Shown: positions 13,411-25,589 of the stretch, in pieces
Position numbering within the stretch: the stretch's first letter is position 1
How the letters are laid out: each line of letters opens with the position of its first letter
Assembly: GCA_030141605.1 (NCBI GenBank)
Contig: JAQGDQ010000049.1
Coordinates: 620,001 to 684,000, forward strand
Source of the DNA: Tubiluchus corallicola
Lineage: Eukaryota; Animalia; Priapulida
Reading direction: 5' to 3'
DNA length: 64,000 nucleotides
Notes under the pieces: generated by a model
Seen by the model: the letters and a program-made list of their open reading frames with translations, nothing else
Database searches by the model: none
What the model was told of the DNA's origin: nothing
Translations under genes and position numbers: made by a program

Positions 13411-14669
13411 AATGTCTGTCTACCAGTGTTTTAACGCGAGCTTTTAAGATTAAGTTGTAACTGTAGCACGTAATTTCAAGTTGTTGGGCACAAATTACCA
13501 ACTTTTATATAACTTCAACTAATTTAGTTAATAGCTACATTCAGACAGTTGTTCACTCCAGATAGTTGTGGTACAAGCTAGTTCCACTTTCTTTTACTTT
13601 GTCCCTTAGAGTTTTCTGGCACTACTTTAAGAATCAATGAATTTTTGGCTTTAATGTGTATGAAGTCACTAGTTGATTTGTTAATTTCGGAAATCGCCAA
13701 ATTGCCGTTTTACTTTACTCGAGTCGTAAAGGGAAGCATCTAAACGAAATTATCAGCAATTTCCGGACAAAGAACATCATTCCACAGGGAAATTAATTGT
13801 GTAATGAGTTACAGATAAAATCGTCTTTGCGTCTTTAAATCTTAATTTTTCGTTAAATTGTTGAAAATCAGGCTGATTAATACTGTCATGGCTAAAAATT
13901 TCTTTGCTTGACTATTGCTGCTGAGATAAGATGGCAAGCTATTTGCGTTTTTGCGTTTGAAACAGGAACATTTTTCGCTGTGAAATTAGCTTATAAATTA
14001 TGTATATTTTGCGTACAGAGTATTCTCCATATCATTAATGTTTCATTTAGGACCGCGAAAAATTACAACCACGGAGATATATCATTATTGTAGTGGTATC
14101 ATGCTAACATTATACAGTAACATGTGTAATTAATGCTTAGTGATTGGTGTGAGCACATATATATATATATAAGTATGTCCATGTATAGGTAATGCTAACT
14201 AAGGTGTAAAAATGGCGTAATTACTTCAGTTACACGGCTTTAGTTACACTAAGATTGGTGTGAGCGACAGATGAAGGGGGCGAATTTATCAACAAACCGC
14301 TTCAAGAAGCCGCCTAATTGCCGTAAATTTTCAATACGTATCTTGAAGGAATCAGCTGTCACATGTAATTATATTTATGAGGCAAAACAATGCAGTACCA
14401 AGAAAACTTATTAGAGTGGTTGCAGTTCAGCTAAATAGCAACAAAATCTGATAGAAAAACGACAAATTAGTTTAAGAAGAATTGAACCAAATCGAGAAGA
14501 CATTTATTTATCCCAATCATTTACTAACTTAATTTTAAGAATATTATTAGTTATGGAAATAACCCACAATAACTGAAATTTTTGAATCAAACTTTCTGAA
14601 AACAGGTAGTGTGAAATGCTAAATTGGTTGGCCAACCATAATGATTAATTAGAACCTGCCATGAACATC

Positions 14670-14760
14670 CGGGAACACGGTAGTAACATCATCCGCCAGG
14701 TAAATGGAAAGTCCTTGGTTCAAATCCAGGCTGTATTATGATTTTTGTTTATTTTTTCCT
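14670..14760 (+). mobile_element. Possible tRNA-like SINE head of a second family
   Basis: B-box GGTTCAAATCC at about 14717, with a weak A-box-like segment upstream and a T-rich tract downstream. It does not fold as a cloverleaf by eye. Confidence 0.3.
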
Positions 14761-16277
14761 ATCTTTCCAATGAGTTTGGTGTCACAAACTTCAATGAAAT
14801 ATGGGTCGTTCCCGTTATTATTTATCCGAAATTTAAATAGATAAAAAGTCACCTGCTAACAAATTCAGTAGAAGCCCACGATTTGCATCAGCATATTACG
14901 CTATCCACAACACAGATTAAACTTCCAAATCATTAAAAACGTGTTACGCAGCAAGGGTTCGTAATGCGTATGCCTAGAGATCTTTTGCCCGTTCACAAGT
15001 CATAACTTGAGAGTTAAGATCAATGGTCTACACCGTACGAACGATTTTCGCCCTAACATCCACTGTTAATCCTCTGTCTGGTGAGGTAATTTTGTCCGTG
15101 CCACAAGCGCGTGTTCAAGCACTTTTGTTCTTTCGCGTGATCGGGCGATTAATTTTTACAAATTGCTTGGACAGGAAGCTTTAGTTAGTAAGTCCTTTTC
15201 ACGCTTGCTTGAACGGCTCGTAGAGAATGCACTTGGCAAGTTAATCAGTCGAAGGCGTTAGTAAATGACGTTGCCGCGTCCAGTCGACGATTAGTCGTCC
15301 TCGTTTTCACATTTAGAAATCATAAAAATGAAACTTATTTAATACAGAACGCGACACCAAAATTCAAGTGACGGTTAAATTGATTTACCAATATTACTGA
15401 TTCAAATCATACGAGACCAAGAGTCGTATCTGATATGACAGATTTTGATCTGCTGACGTAACATTGATTTCGGCTGCTAAGAAAAATGCTATGACCCTGA
15501 AATTCCACATCGTTAATGACTACATACCTAATAACTGAATTTTACGACAAAATTTATGTCCACATTTTCTCAGTGAGTGAAAAATTACACCCAAGTCGAT
15601 CGTGCTGCCCTTTCACGAATGAAACACATCATTTTATATCAACATAAACAAAACACAGGATAGGCAAGTCTGTACAGCAGTTTAACTTGTACAATAATAC
15701 TTTGAAACATGCAGAACTAGTCAAATGGGTTCACGGTTATACATTTATGATCCTTAGAGCGAAAAAAGTGAAACTAGTTAACGGTAATTTAAAAATCACG
15801 CAAACGCCCGATTTTATTTAAGCTTACTTAAGTTTTCCTAAAATCGTTTGTGGTTTTTTAAATTAAGTTGTTTATTTTCATTGTAATTTGCATTTTGGTC
15901 CATCTAGTATTCGATTTGGTGTCACGGTGCCTTTCAATTTTCTGTAAAAGGAAAACAGAAGGGGTTGGAGTTGAAATAATTCTAAAATTTCAACTGCAAT
16001 GATTGAAGTTGAAATGTTATCCAACGTTCTACCAGTCGCGTTTCATTTTGTCTCTCTCGGCATGAAACAAATATCGCAAACGTTTTCTCATTTTCTGTTT
16101 ACACACGTGTAAGGGAGAAGCTGTGCTAAGGACTGTGTTCTCCGGAGAAGCGGGCTTCCAAATGTAACAGAAAAATGGGCTTGTTTCTAATCGTGTGTTT
16201 ATACACACCAAACGGAATGTTTAGCTGAGTACATGATAGTAATACACAAGTCCATTGCTGATACCGTTTGCTATTAA

Positions 16278-16724
16278 AGGCCTATATAACACAAACAGAC
16301 ATTGAAGTTTTTTTTACAGCATTATTATGATCACACAGAGAATTCATAGTTATTATTAAACAAAAGAAACTTATAAATTAATCAACTTAGCTTTTTCTGA
16401 CGAATATCGAACGCGTGCATTGCCGTAAAGATCGCCATGCTTCGCATCTTTGGCCCGGTCAGCGAGAATGACGAGCGTAGTACAGATAGCGTCTTTAGTT
16501 ACCGATGCGTTTACCGATCTTTGGTGACTGTACACATAACATCATTTGTCTTGCACAACGAATTTGGCGGTTCTTCAAATTTAATACCGTTAACAACGAA
16601 GTAAGAAGAAATCAAAAGAAACAAGTTTTACAGTAAGTTTCTAATGAAATAAATTGAATATTCGTAATGAGAGCAGGATTTTAAGTTGTAAAAGCTTATA
16701 TTATAATGAGGGTATAGTTTGTCT
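16278..16724 (+). mobile_element. TTAA-flanked non-autonomous DNA transposon (Kolobok-like), copy A
   Basis: TTAA|AGGCCTATA...TAGTTTGTCT|TTAA, i.e. RR...YY termini with a TTAA target. About 450 bp, colinear with 34890-35338 (-) and 44318-44761 (+), e.g. cgaacgcgtgcattg..gt.aagatcgccatg and tggcggttcttcaaatttaatac. Confidence 0.8.
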
Positions 16725-16914
16725 TTAATCTAATAAACTATCAATTTTTAAATTTAACTTTAGGTCTGAACACCAATCCTTGCAAATTATAAAAACAGTT
16801 ACTGTTAAATTTAAACTATTTGTCTTTAAACTAATAAACTATCAATTTTTAAATTTAACTTTAGGTCTGAAAACCAATCCTTGCAAATTATAAAAACAGT
16901 TACTGTTAAATTTA
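16718..16914 (+). repeat. 101-bp tandem duplication (two near-identical units)
   Basis: tttgtctttaa.ctaataaactatcaatttttaaatttaactttaggtctgaa.accaatccttgcaaattataaaaacagttactgttaaattta starts at 16718 and at 16819. Confidence 0.92.
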
Positions 16915-17206
16915 TGCAAAATCCCATTATTTATGCCGTCACGGGCGTATACCAAGCTCATTTATAAACACTGCTTACGTTTTTAACGATCTAATTTAAT
17001 TCCAGATGAAACTTCATTTATATTTTTTCCTAAATTAACTAACTTCAACTTTTCAGAATTCTGCAAGCTGAAATCAAGCATGTGTTCGACAGCAGGTCCT
17101 ACTCATATTACATGTCTACAAGTTCATTTGTGTGCAAATAAGTGAATGATAAAAATGAAGTAAATAAAGAGAAAATACGTCCCATAAGGGGATCACTTTA
17201 ACATAC

Positions 17207-17752
17207 TGTAACGAACCGGGATCCAGCGCGGACCCGTCTCAGGATGTATAGAGCGGCATACAAGTGACGAAATTTCACAGCAGAGAAAAGTTAAAAGACC
17301 CAAAATACTCAAATTTGCAAATAGATTCCGTGTTATGCAGGTACATTTGCATTCCTGGGCTTCTCAACCGTACCCATTACTAACATTACGCGGTTGGTCA
17401 AAATCTGTCTTCATAACACTATCCCCTCCTTTTTTCCATTTGTCCACAAATGAATTACAGCACAAGCTTTATTTCAAAATCATCCAAATATCAGTTAAAA
17501 TCGAACAAAATCCATTTAAGTTGAACAAATTGGTTTAACAAATTAAAGCAAAGCTAAACAATTTTCTTTAGTTGTACAAAAATGCAAAATAACACCTGAT
17601 AAAATTTGAATGTCAGTTACGAGTTTAGTAAACAATGATACATCAAAAATAATCAAAACTGTAGAAGCCCGGTTTCCAGGCGTGGATTTGAATCCCACTT
17701 CTGATAGCAGTGTAACGATTCCGGAATCCGCGTCAGACCCCGGATTCGTTAT
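17207..17752 (-). mobile_element. Miniature non-coding LTR retroelement (TRIM-like) with tRNA-Leu PBS, PPT, complete 3' LTR and truncated 5' LTR
   Basis: Minus strand order: 5' LTR end ...ggaatcGTTACA (17711); PBS TGCTATCAGAAGTGGGATTC (17709-17690); about 240 bp non-coding interior; PPT GGAAAAAAGGAGGGGATAG (17437-17419); LTR TGTTATGAAG...TTCGTTACA (17418-17207). The two LTR 3' ends align over about 30 bp. Confidence 0.72.
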
Positions 17753-17760
17753 AATATTAA

Positions 17761-18072
17761 ACCAAACTGCACCTGGCGAGGAAAATGGCGCTAAAAATGG
17801 TAAATGCCACCGTCAAACGTACATGGAATACGAAGGAAAATACAACAAAAGGCATGAAGTTGAGACAAAATGAATCAATAGGAACAAAACGAGCATTAGA
17901 GAAACTTGTACTGAAGAAAAAACTGCCGATGAGTTCGCGCATAATCCCAACGCATCAGCTGAATAGAAGCTGAAAAACCCCTGCATGACGACACCCGATA
18001 AACTTAACCCTAGCGAAAAGGCTTGCAAATTATGCTGGAGGCCTGTTGTTATAGTTAGACCTTAGTTTGACT
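17761..18072. mobile_element. Possible TTAA-flanked MITE abutting the 5' LTR remnant of the TRIM-like element
   Basis: TTAA|accaaact...tagtttgact|TTAA. The 3' terminus resembles that of the Kolobok-like family (tagtttgtct|ttaa). Confidence 0.35.
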
Positions 18073-21000
18073 TTAAATAATGCGAACTTCTAAACAATCG
18101 CAAAGAGTAGATAGTGACAAAGTTGAGACTGATATAAAAATTATGAAATAATAAGAAACGTAATGCCCTTTGTAGTCTCCATAATTACATATTTTTATTT
18201 CAGAAGTTTAACACTAGTGGGCATCATCAGCTGAAAAAATTAAAGATAAAATGTTACAATAGTATGTACTAGTGTCAAACAAGAACATTAAAAACAAAAA
18301 ATAGCAGCTGTACAATATTGATTTGAAATACAGTAAGTAAGAGAAAGAATAAAAACAACAGCACAAGAAGAAACACCCAGAACTATACAATTGCTCTTGC
18401 GAGAACAAAAACTTAATTAAAGAATAAATTAACATACCCGAATAAACTGTGTTGCTAGCCTGAGAGGTAAGTTTACAAAATTTGGCAGTTTATAAATACT
18501 GACAGGTATTAGGACTAAAGGGCATTACGTTTTTTATGAAGATTGCAAGTCTCAGAAGAGCTCTCTCGTATTACGTATAGAACAGATAATTAGAAACACA
18601 CGAAATTCTGAGTTTGATTTTCAAGCCCGGACTTACACAGTATTTAAAACAGTAAACGGGCAAAAGAAGAGCAAACAAAATGGTGGAAAGAGTTTCCTAG
18701 TACCGCGTAACAATCCCTTGAAACGTTGTCACCAGTTTTGTCTCAGAAAATGTTGTTTCAATATCTATGAATGCTGAATCTAAAGCCTCCGATGTTACTG
18801 AAGCAGATGTTCAGATTCTGTTGCAGAATTTAATACAATAATGTTAGTCTTATCAATCTCAAAACAACACAATATTTTAATCAATATTTAATTTCTGTTT
18901 ATATTTTTAATTAACAAAAGCAGTTTAATGTAAACATTTTCAAAGTAAGTTTTACATATGGCAGACGGCATTGAGTTAAGCAAAGTACACAATCCAGCAT
19001 GTTCATCGGAACTTCATAGAGACTTCGGGTGTTCAATAGTTTACTTTAACAGCTTATATTTGTTTTCACGTTTTACAAATATTTAGAAAATTAACTTCAT
19101 ACCATGTGCGATGTTTCTACAGAAACAGGCTACAGTGAAACGCCTGAAAGACTTGAAGATTGGGGCTAAAATAATTAAGACTTCTAAACTGAGTGACTTA
19201 AAACGTCTATAAATCAAAACGTCTATAATGAACTTAACAAAGTGAGTTATTTTAGGAGCTGTGTAAACCAAAATAGTCAGACTGTATCAAGAGAAATGTT
19301 ATAGTCACTAATTAAGGAAAAATTCACGTTTACGAAACACCAAGTACAAAAGCACAATACAAATGAAAACGATATTAAAATTTACAAATAATTGCTTATG
19401 AAGTTATGTTACCTACCTGTAGTCACTTCTAACTAGCACAGTTTAAAAAACCCTAAACGCTCTATATTAGGCGTTATAATTATGTTCCCTATAATTACGT
19501 TAGTCGGACTGCGAAATCATTCCAAAAATTTAGTACAGATTTCAAAACTGTCAAAATTAAAAATTTGGAACTAAAAATTGCTTTCGTCACTTCCTGGAAA
19601 CCAAAACGACATCATATATATATAATACGTGTAACTCAAAACAAAATCGTAATTAAGAAATACATAATTGCGAATGAATCTTACGTTACATTTCAGAGAT
19701 AATAGATGCTACACGAAACCCACTAAAATCGTGCATTTTGCGCTGTGATTTTTCTGCAGTTTTATTGACAGCTCAATAAACCCACGCATAATTTACTGAA
19801 CACATTTTCATTCATTACGCGTTGAGAGAGGATTAACGCTTAATCACTGAACAACATTCGCTTACTCCCGCCGGTAAAACTTTCCTCGTTTTCTTCGTGC
19901 ATTAGCAGAATTTCGTCTAAAGACTTAATTATTATGAAGATTCATTAAAGTGGAGTGGAATAAACAGAAGAGAAAATTCATGATGTGGAAAGGTTTGAAA
20001 AATAAACGCGTATCATAAATGGGGAACATTCAAATTTCATCTTTAGTTTGCTCTAAAATCAACAGCAAATGAACTATGTATTCATTTTAGGAGGAGCCTC
20101 TTTTACTGTTTGAAGGCTTTTTACAAAAAAATTACATCTGCAGCTACCAGTGAGGCAAAAGTTCTATTTTCGACTATATCCACAGAAACTGCTCCCAATT
20201 TGGTAACAACTAAGCTTGGTATATTTCATCGGGACGACTGACTCCCTATCAAATCAAAATTTGTAGAATTGTAACATTTTCAGCATTTTCTTAGAGTTGC
20301 TTCCTCGTAGAATTCGTTCTACCACAAATGGGGCGGTTGTCATTGGTACCAGTTTTTACACGTTTTTTGGTAATAATTAACTACAGTAAACTAACGTGCC
20401 TTCCGGTGCCATTTTTTTGCAGTTTGTATATTATTTTGCATTTCTAGGCGCAACGTAATGTGCAGTATTGTACTTGGTATATGTTGTTTCATTAACACGT
20501 AATATATATCTACTTTTTTAGTCCTACTAGCTCCCACGAGACGCGCCTACGGTCAAAATCAGCTACATAAAAATAAATCTTATAAAATTGAAACCACAAA
20601 GGTACATTGATCATTGATACGTCTCATCATTGTCAGAAATTACTTCAAGATTCAGAATCTATTGTACAAATGTTTACGCATTTGATCAATAATATTTGAC
20701 CTAGTGTGGCATTATATACCTAACCCTGCGAACATAACTGTAATGTTCACAAAATTTTCTAAACCTATAGCGTATAGCCTATTTTTTCAATAGTTTCTTT
20801 TTGCAGTGATGGTCACGACACCTCGTTTGATCAAATACACGAACGTATTGTTTTTAAAGCTTTGGAATATTCGCTGTTTGTCAATAATCTGATTATAATT
20901 ACGATTTTTTTAATTAATTGATTTTTGCTTGTTTATTTGTTGCCGCCGCAAATGTAGTTTGACGCGTGAGTATTAGAATCTTCCATCGCTGCATAATCAC

Positions 21001-22252
21001 CAATTTATAAATTCATCCTCTTTCGGGAATTTTTACAAGTTTAAGGACGAATTCTCAATTGTATAAGCTCACAGCTTAATTAGATCTGCAGCTAGCAAAA
21101 AGAAACCAGAGTAAAAACGGAAAAACTCGACGTATACACGCAGCTTTGTTGAGTTATTCTGCACTGCCTACAAATGTGACACACTTTTAGTTTGTGTATA
21201 TTCCTATAATTCTTGTTGTATATGATTGTATACATTTCACCACGCACGCGAAGTAAACAATATAATTTACTTTCTAGTCGTCTGTTAGCTTTCACCGTGT
21301 ATCAAGCTTGTATACAATAATTGATCAGTATGGCTAGCAGCTATAGTACCTCACTTGGGGTGAAATAAAAGCATAGATCAGAATATGTAATTGCATTAGT
21401 ATTAAAACCAAGGCTGAACAAGTATTGATTAAACATGCTGTCAGGAGAATTTATAGGTTTCGTAATTATACATAACGTCCCTTGTTACGTCCGTTATAGC
21501 TTTCAGTGTGATTCAGCATTAAGGGTAATGCTTTTACAGCGGGCTAACTATCTTACCAATAAGAGTATTATACCCACCCAAGAGCGAGTTATCAGCATAA
21601 AAATTTATGCTTAAATGGAAATCATTCCATATAAAACTGAAGCAGTTTAATGAAAAAACGTCTGTTTTGATGACTATAATAGATCTATTCGTAGTCAGTA
21701 ACATCAGTATAACTAGGAGTATATCACCGTACTGACCCGGCCTGAAGACTAGCTCATTTACAAAAATGACCCTCTAAGTTGAGAAATACGGAGTCAGCAA
21801 AGGTGTCTTAACCATTCGGATGTGGATACGCCTTCATCAAAGCAAGATTTTCCAGCAGTCACTCATTCATTTACTAACCAGGCCTGACGTTGCACAGCTT
21901 TGCAGTCAAACAAATACCACGGCCGCTCCTCTCTTGCCTTGAACTTATTAAATGGTGAGATAAAAACCAATCCCAGTCAAGTGAGACTTATTACAGGTCG
22001 TTTTAAAACTTACCGACTCGTTTGCTTTAATAATTGATGCTATGGACTCCGCCATCATTCATAAAAAACCCTATTATACATAACACTGTAATACGAACAG
22101 TGTAATTTGTGTTAAATTTTCAAATAACATCGTTTTATACGCTGAACAAATACAACTTTATTCCCAACAGTTATTATAATTGTTTCTAACTTGTTTCTAA
22201 CTATTGTTTCATAAAATCAGAGCACACGTTGAAACTGTGTTGACTCGCAGTT

Positions 22253-22264
22253 TGCGCATGCGCA
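22253..22264. promoter_or_regulatory. Perfect NRF1/EWG-type palindrome TGCGCATGCGCA
   Basis: Exact match to the YGCGCAYGCGCR consensus, with an Inr-like TCATTC about 8 bp downstream. A single motif; it may be transposon-borne. Confidence 0.3.
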
Positions 22265-24759
22265 CCGACGCTCATTCACTCACTCTTGCCAGGCTTTTGT
22301 CTGCCTTATATCGTTTCTGAAGCCATTTATTGATAAACAAAACTACCACAAAAAAGGTGCTTTACTCTCAAACTTTAAACTTAAAATTTTTCTTTTGAAA
22401 ATTCGATTAGCAATTAAACATAAATTGGGTGACATGTTCAGTTGCTTCTCTTAGCGTCAAATAATCCATTTTTGCTGAGGAAAGCAGTAAAACTCATAAT
22501 TACAAGTTGCGTTTCTTTTTTCGTAAACAGACCGCCTTTCAGCGATTTCGCGCCATGCATGTAAATTTGAATAATTTGCAAACATCGTACACGACGATAA
22601 TTTAAGCGACGGCGTTTTCCGTTTCCCGTTATTTATTGCCCTCGTTCAAACGAAATTTGCCACGAATTCGCACACAGTCGATTCGACACAGGTTCATATA
22701 TTTGGAAGGCTTTTAAAGATAATTTGCTCGGCGAGTTAAGAATTTATGAAGGATAAGATTTCGAAATAACCTTTTACCTTGTGTTTTGACTTATTGTATT
22801 CTCATTATTTATGCATGATGTTCACAGACGGTAAAATCCAATTGTGAGAGGACTCAGATCAATACGTCTGTAAATTACAATTCGCTGTTTACATGGTACG
22901 TACTAAGACTAAACAGTTTATAAAACTTCTTTTTTCTTTTGTCTTTTCACGCTTTTTTAGTTCTGGAACATATAAGCACAGTAAAAAAACGTTAACGTAA
23001 TTAACGTAAATATAACCGCTAGCAATGTCTGTGGTAAATTTTGCAAAGCTGAATCTTTAATATTATTTTACACAGCATATAGTATCCGTAAATAAATAAA
23101 AAAGTACTGAAAATATTAACACAAGTGTTTTTCTTATCTTGTTGAAGAGGAAATGCCATATTGACAAAATTTTATATTGTTTAAACGACTGAGTTAATGA
23201 TATTGGAATACTAATTATGTTCATAGTAATTGCATTAAACGTCTAACATCTGCAAGTTCAAAGTATTCTAATGATGTTATAGTCTTATTACATTGTTAGC
23301 TGCATTTTGACATTAAAATATTTGACTACGTTTTTGAGCTTGTCAGCAATCTTCGTTCGATTCATAAACAACTTAGCATAACACTAATAGTCAGCTAAAT
23401 AAAATAACGTACTTTTCAATATTGTTTTACTCTTTAGACAGTGTTATTGTGAAGTCGTTTGTAAAATGTGCATTTTTAATGTAAACTGAATGTTAAATAA
23501 AAACCTTGTTATTACTAAAATAGGAAAATAATTCAAAACATTTCAAATAGCAATTAGAGCGCTAAAAGCGAACTAATTTGACTTTTACGACATTTTTTCT
23601 CAAAATTAATTTTAATATTTTTTTACTACCAGTCATGTCATAAATACAGCCTTTGCCATATCACCTAACATCGTGATATCCTGCATAGCTTAAAATGGGG
23701 TTATCATAGAGATGACTATTTGCCTACCATATTACTTATTTCTGCGTTCTTGTTTTATAATGATTGCCGAGGCAGATAAACCGCGGCTCCACAATAATTG
23801 TGTTTTTCTCCTACTGTACCGAAATAAAAAACTATTACTTGTTCTCTGATACATGGCTGCATGTGTGAATACTCTTAGCCAATAAATAAGAGAACGGTTG
23901 ATAAGAGAAGTCAATCTTATGTCTCGAAGGACTTTCATTAATTATTTGTTAAGCATCAGCTAGGAGATTCCAACACTCATCGTACGATAGCGTGTAATAG
24001 GAATCAATCTGGCGACATCTAGGGTCATTATTAGTGGGAGGATCTACGGCTAGGGCCGCTTGTTGCTTAGTTACTTAGACACTGAAGAGAATCATTTAAA
24101 ATGGAGTTATCAACCAAATAACCAAGACCAAGATTATTCGGCAAACATCTTGAAGTAATTCCAACAAATTTTGGTATGCCAGACCATAGTCCAGTTATAG
24201 TTACTATATCAGTTCAATGGTTGATGATAACTGTGATGCTGTATTAGACGCTGAGTATAACACATAGAGGTGCTATGTACAAAGGGTCAAAACTGTAAGA
24301 CCAAACAAATATTTGCAGCAGAGTGATGATGAAAATCGTACTCAGAGATAAACAACAGAAAGTAAAAGTAATGAACTAAACTTGCTATATTGCGCAACTG
24401 TTGCGGATGTAATTAACTAACCAAAGCAAATTGGATGATTTATTGCACAGCCTGGCATATATTATAGAGCAGCGTAGTTAACATCACCTAGCGACCCACA
24501 TCCACATCCATATGAAGCCAGAGAAGTTTATTCTAATTAAACAATTTATTGTTTACAGGCTGGTATTGACAACGGTGTATGTTCATTTGTAATGAACTGC
24601 CGCATTGAAAACTCTGTGGCCAAGATAATGCAAACTGTTGAAATGTTCTTATTCATTTTCAAATTCCCGTTTATTTGCATTTTTCTTTCTCTATATGCCC
24701 ACTGTTTGATCTTTCCTTGATAATTTCAGTGGCGCCTATCTTCATTATCTGATTTTTTC

Positions 24760-24863
<104 letters not shown>

Positions 24864-25393
24864 CTTTTTTAGTGAAAAGGAAAAATAGTTAGGATATATT
24901 ATTACTCGTGTAATAGGGATGGTGAGGACATAAATAGACAAAGATCTCTTTTTTGCTGCTGAACTAAAAAACTAATCAAAAAAATTTAATTTTTGCCCTA
25001 CAAATATGAAAAAGCAGATGTTTCACTCAGTTTGTGCTAATTCTAATGTATGACAAAATGGAGATGCCTCTATCAATATAGCTTGAGAAAGCTTAATTGC
25101 TCTTATAACTACAGTGCTTGGTATATCTCATTTCTCCCTTATCTGTCTGTCTGCCTTTCTTTTTATTTATTTCTCCCTTTCCCTTTTTCCGTTCCTAGTT
25201 TCTGTTTCTTATCTGTTTATTCACTGCCTCCTTTTCTTTATTTTTAATCAAATCTGTCCAGTCAATTCTGGTTATTTTACTTTTCTTCATATTTTCTTGC
25301 TGCTTTACCTAATCGATTCTTGACCTCTTGCCTGTTAGATTATTTATCGTTGCGCTTTGCACTACTTTACAAAAAGTCTTCAGCAAACAGCTT

Positions 25394-25589
25394 TCAAAAC
25401 GCTTCTTCTTTTAAGTGACTATTATTCAGTTCTTCTCGAACATGTGGAGAAATCTGGGCAGCTGTCATTGATCGATCTCTTACGAGATTCAACCTGATGA
25501 TCGGTTTATAGTTTGAAAAAGCTCGAAGGCTGAACCCCAACTGCGTAAAAGATGGTCTGGAAGGGTAATAATAGTCCAGTTGATAAACC
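25394..25589 (-). CDS. Candidate terminal coding exon, unknown product
   Basis: Pyrimidine-rich acceptor ctttttactcttacgtcaaattctag, then an open frame VYQLDYYYPSRP...EEAF*. No family recognised. Confidence 0.25.

Noticed and set aside
14090-14270. Solo LTR (TGTAGTGG...GTTACA)
   Set aside because: No TSD, PPT or convincing PBS; only short internal repeats.
15240-15470. Hox/Pbx/Meis enhancer (TGATTTAC, TGACAG, TCATAAA)
   Set aside because: Short motifs are expected by chance in AT-rich DNA, and no conservation data are available.
17678-17709. tRNA-Leu gene
   Set aside because: Only the 3' 32 nt are present, including a CCA-equivalent end, 1 nt from an LTR terminus. Better explained as a PBS.
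25430-25505. Tc1 transposase HTH-like RDRSMTAAQI
   Set aside because: No TIRs or DDE motifs nearby; the match is too short.
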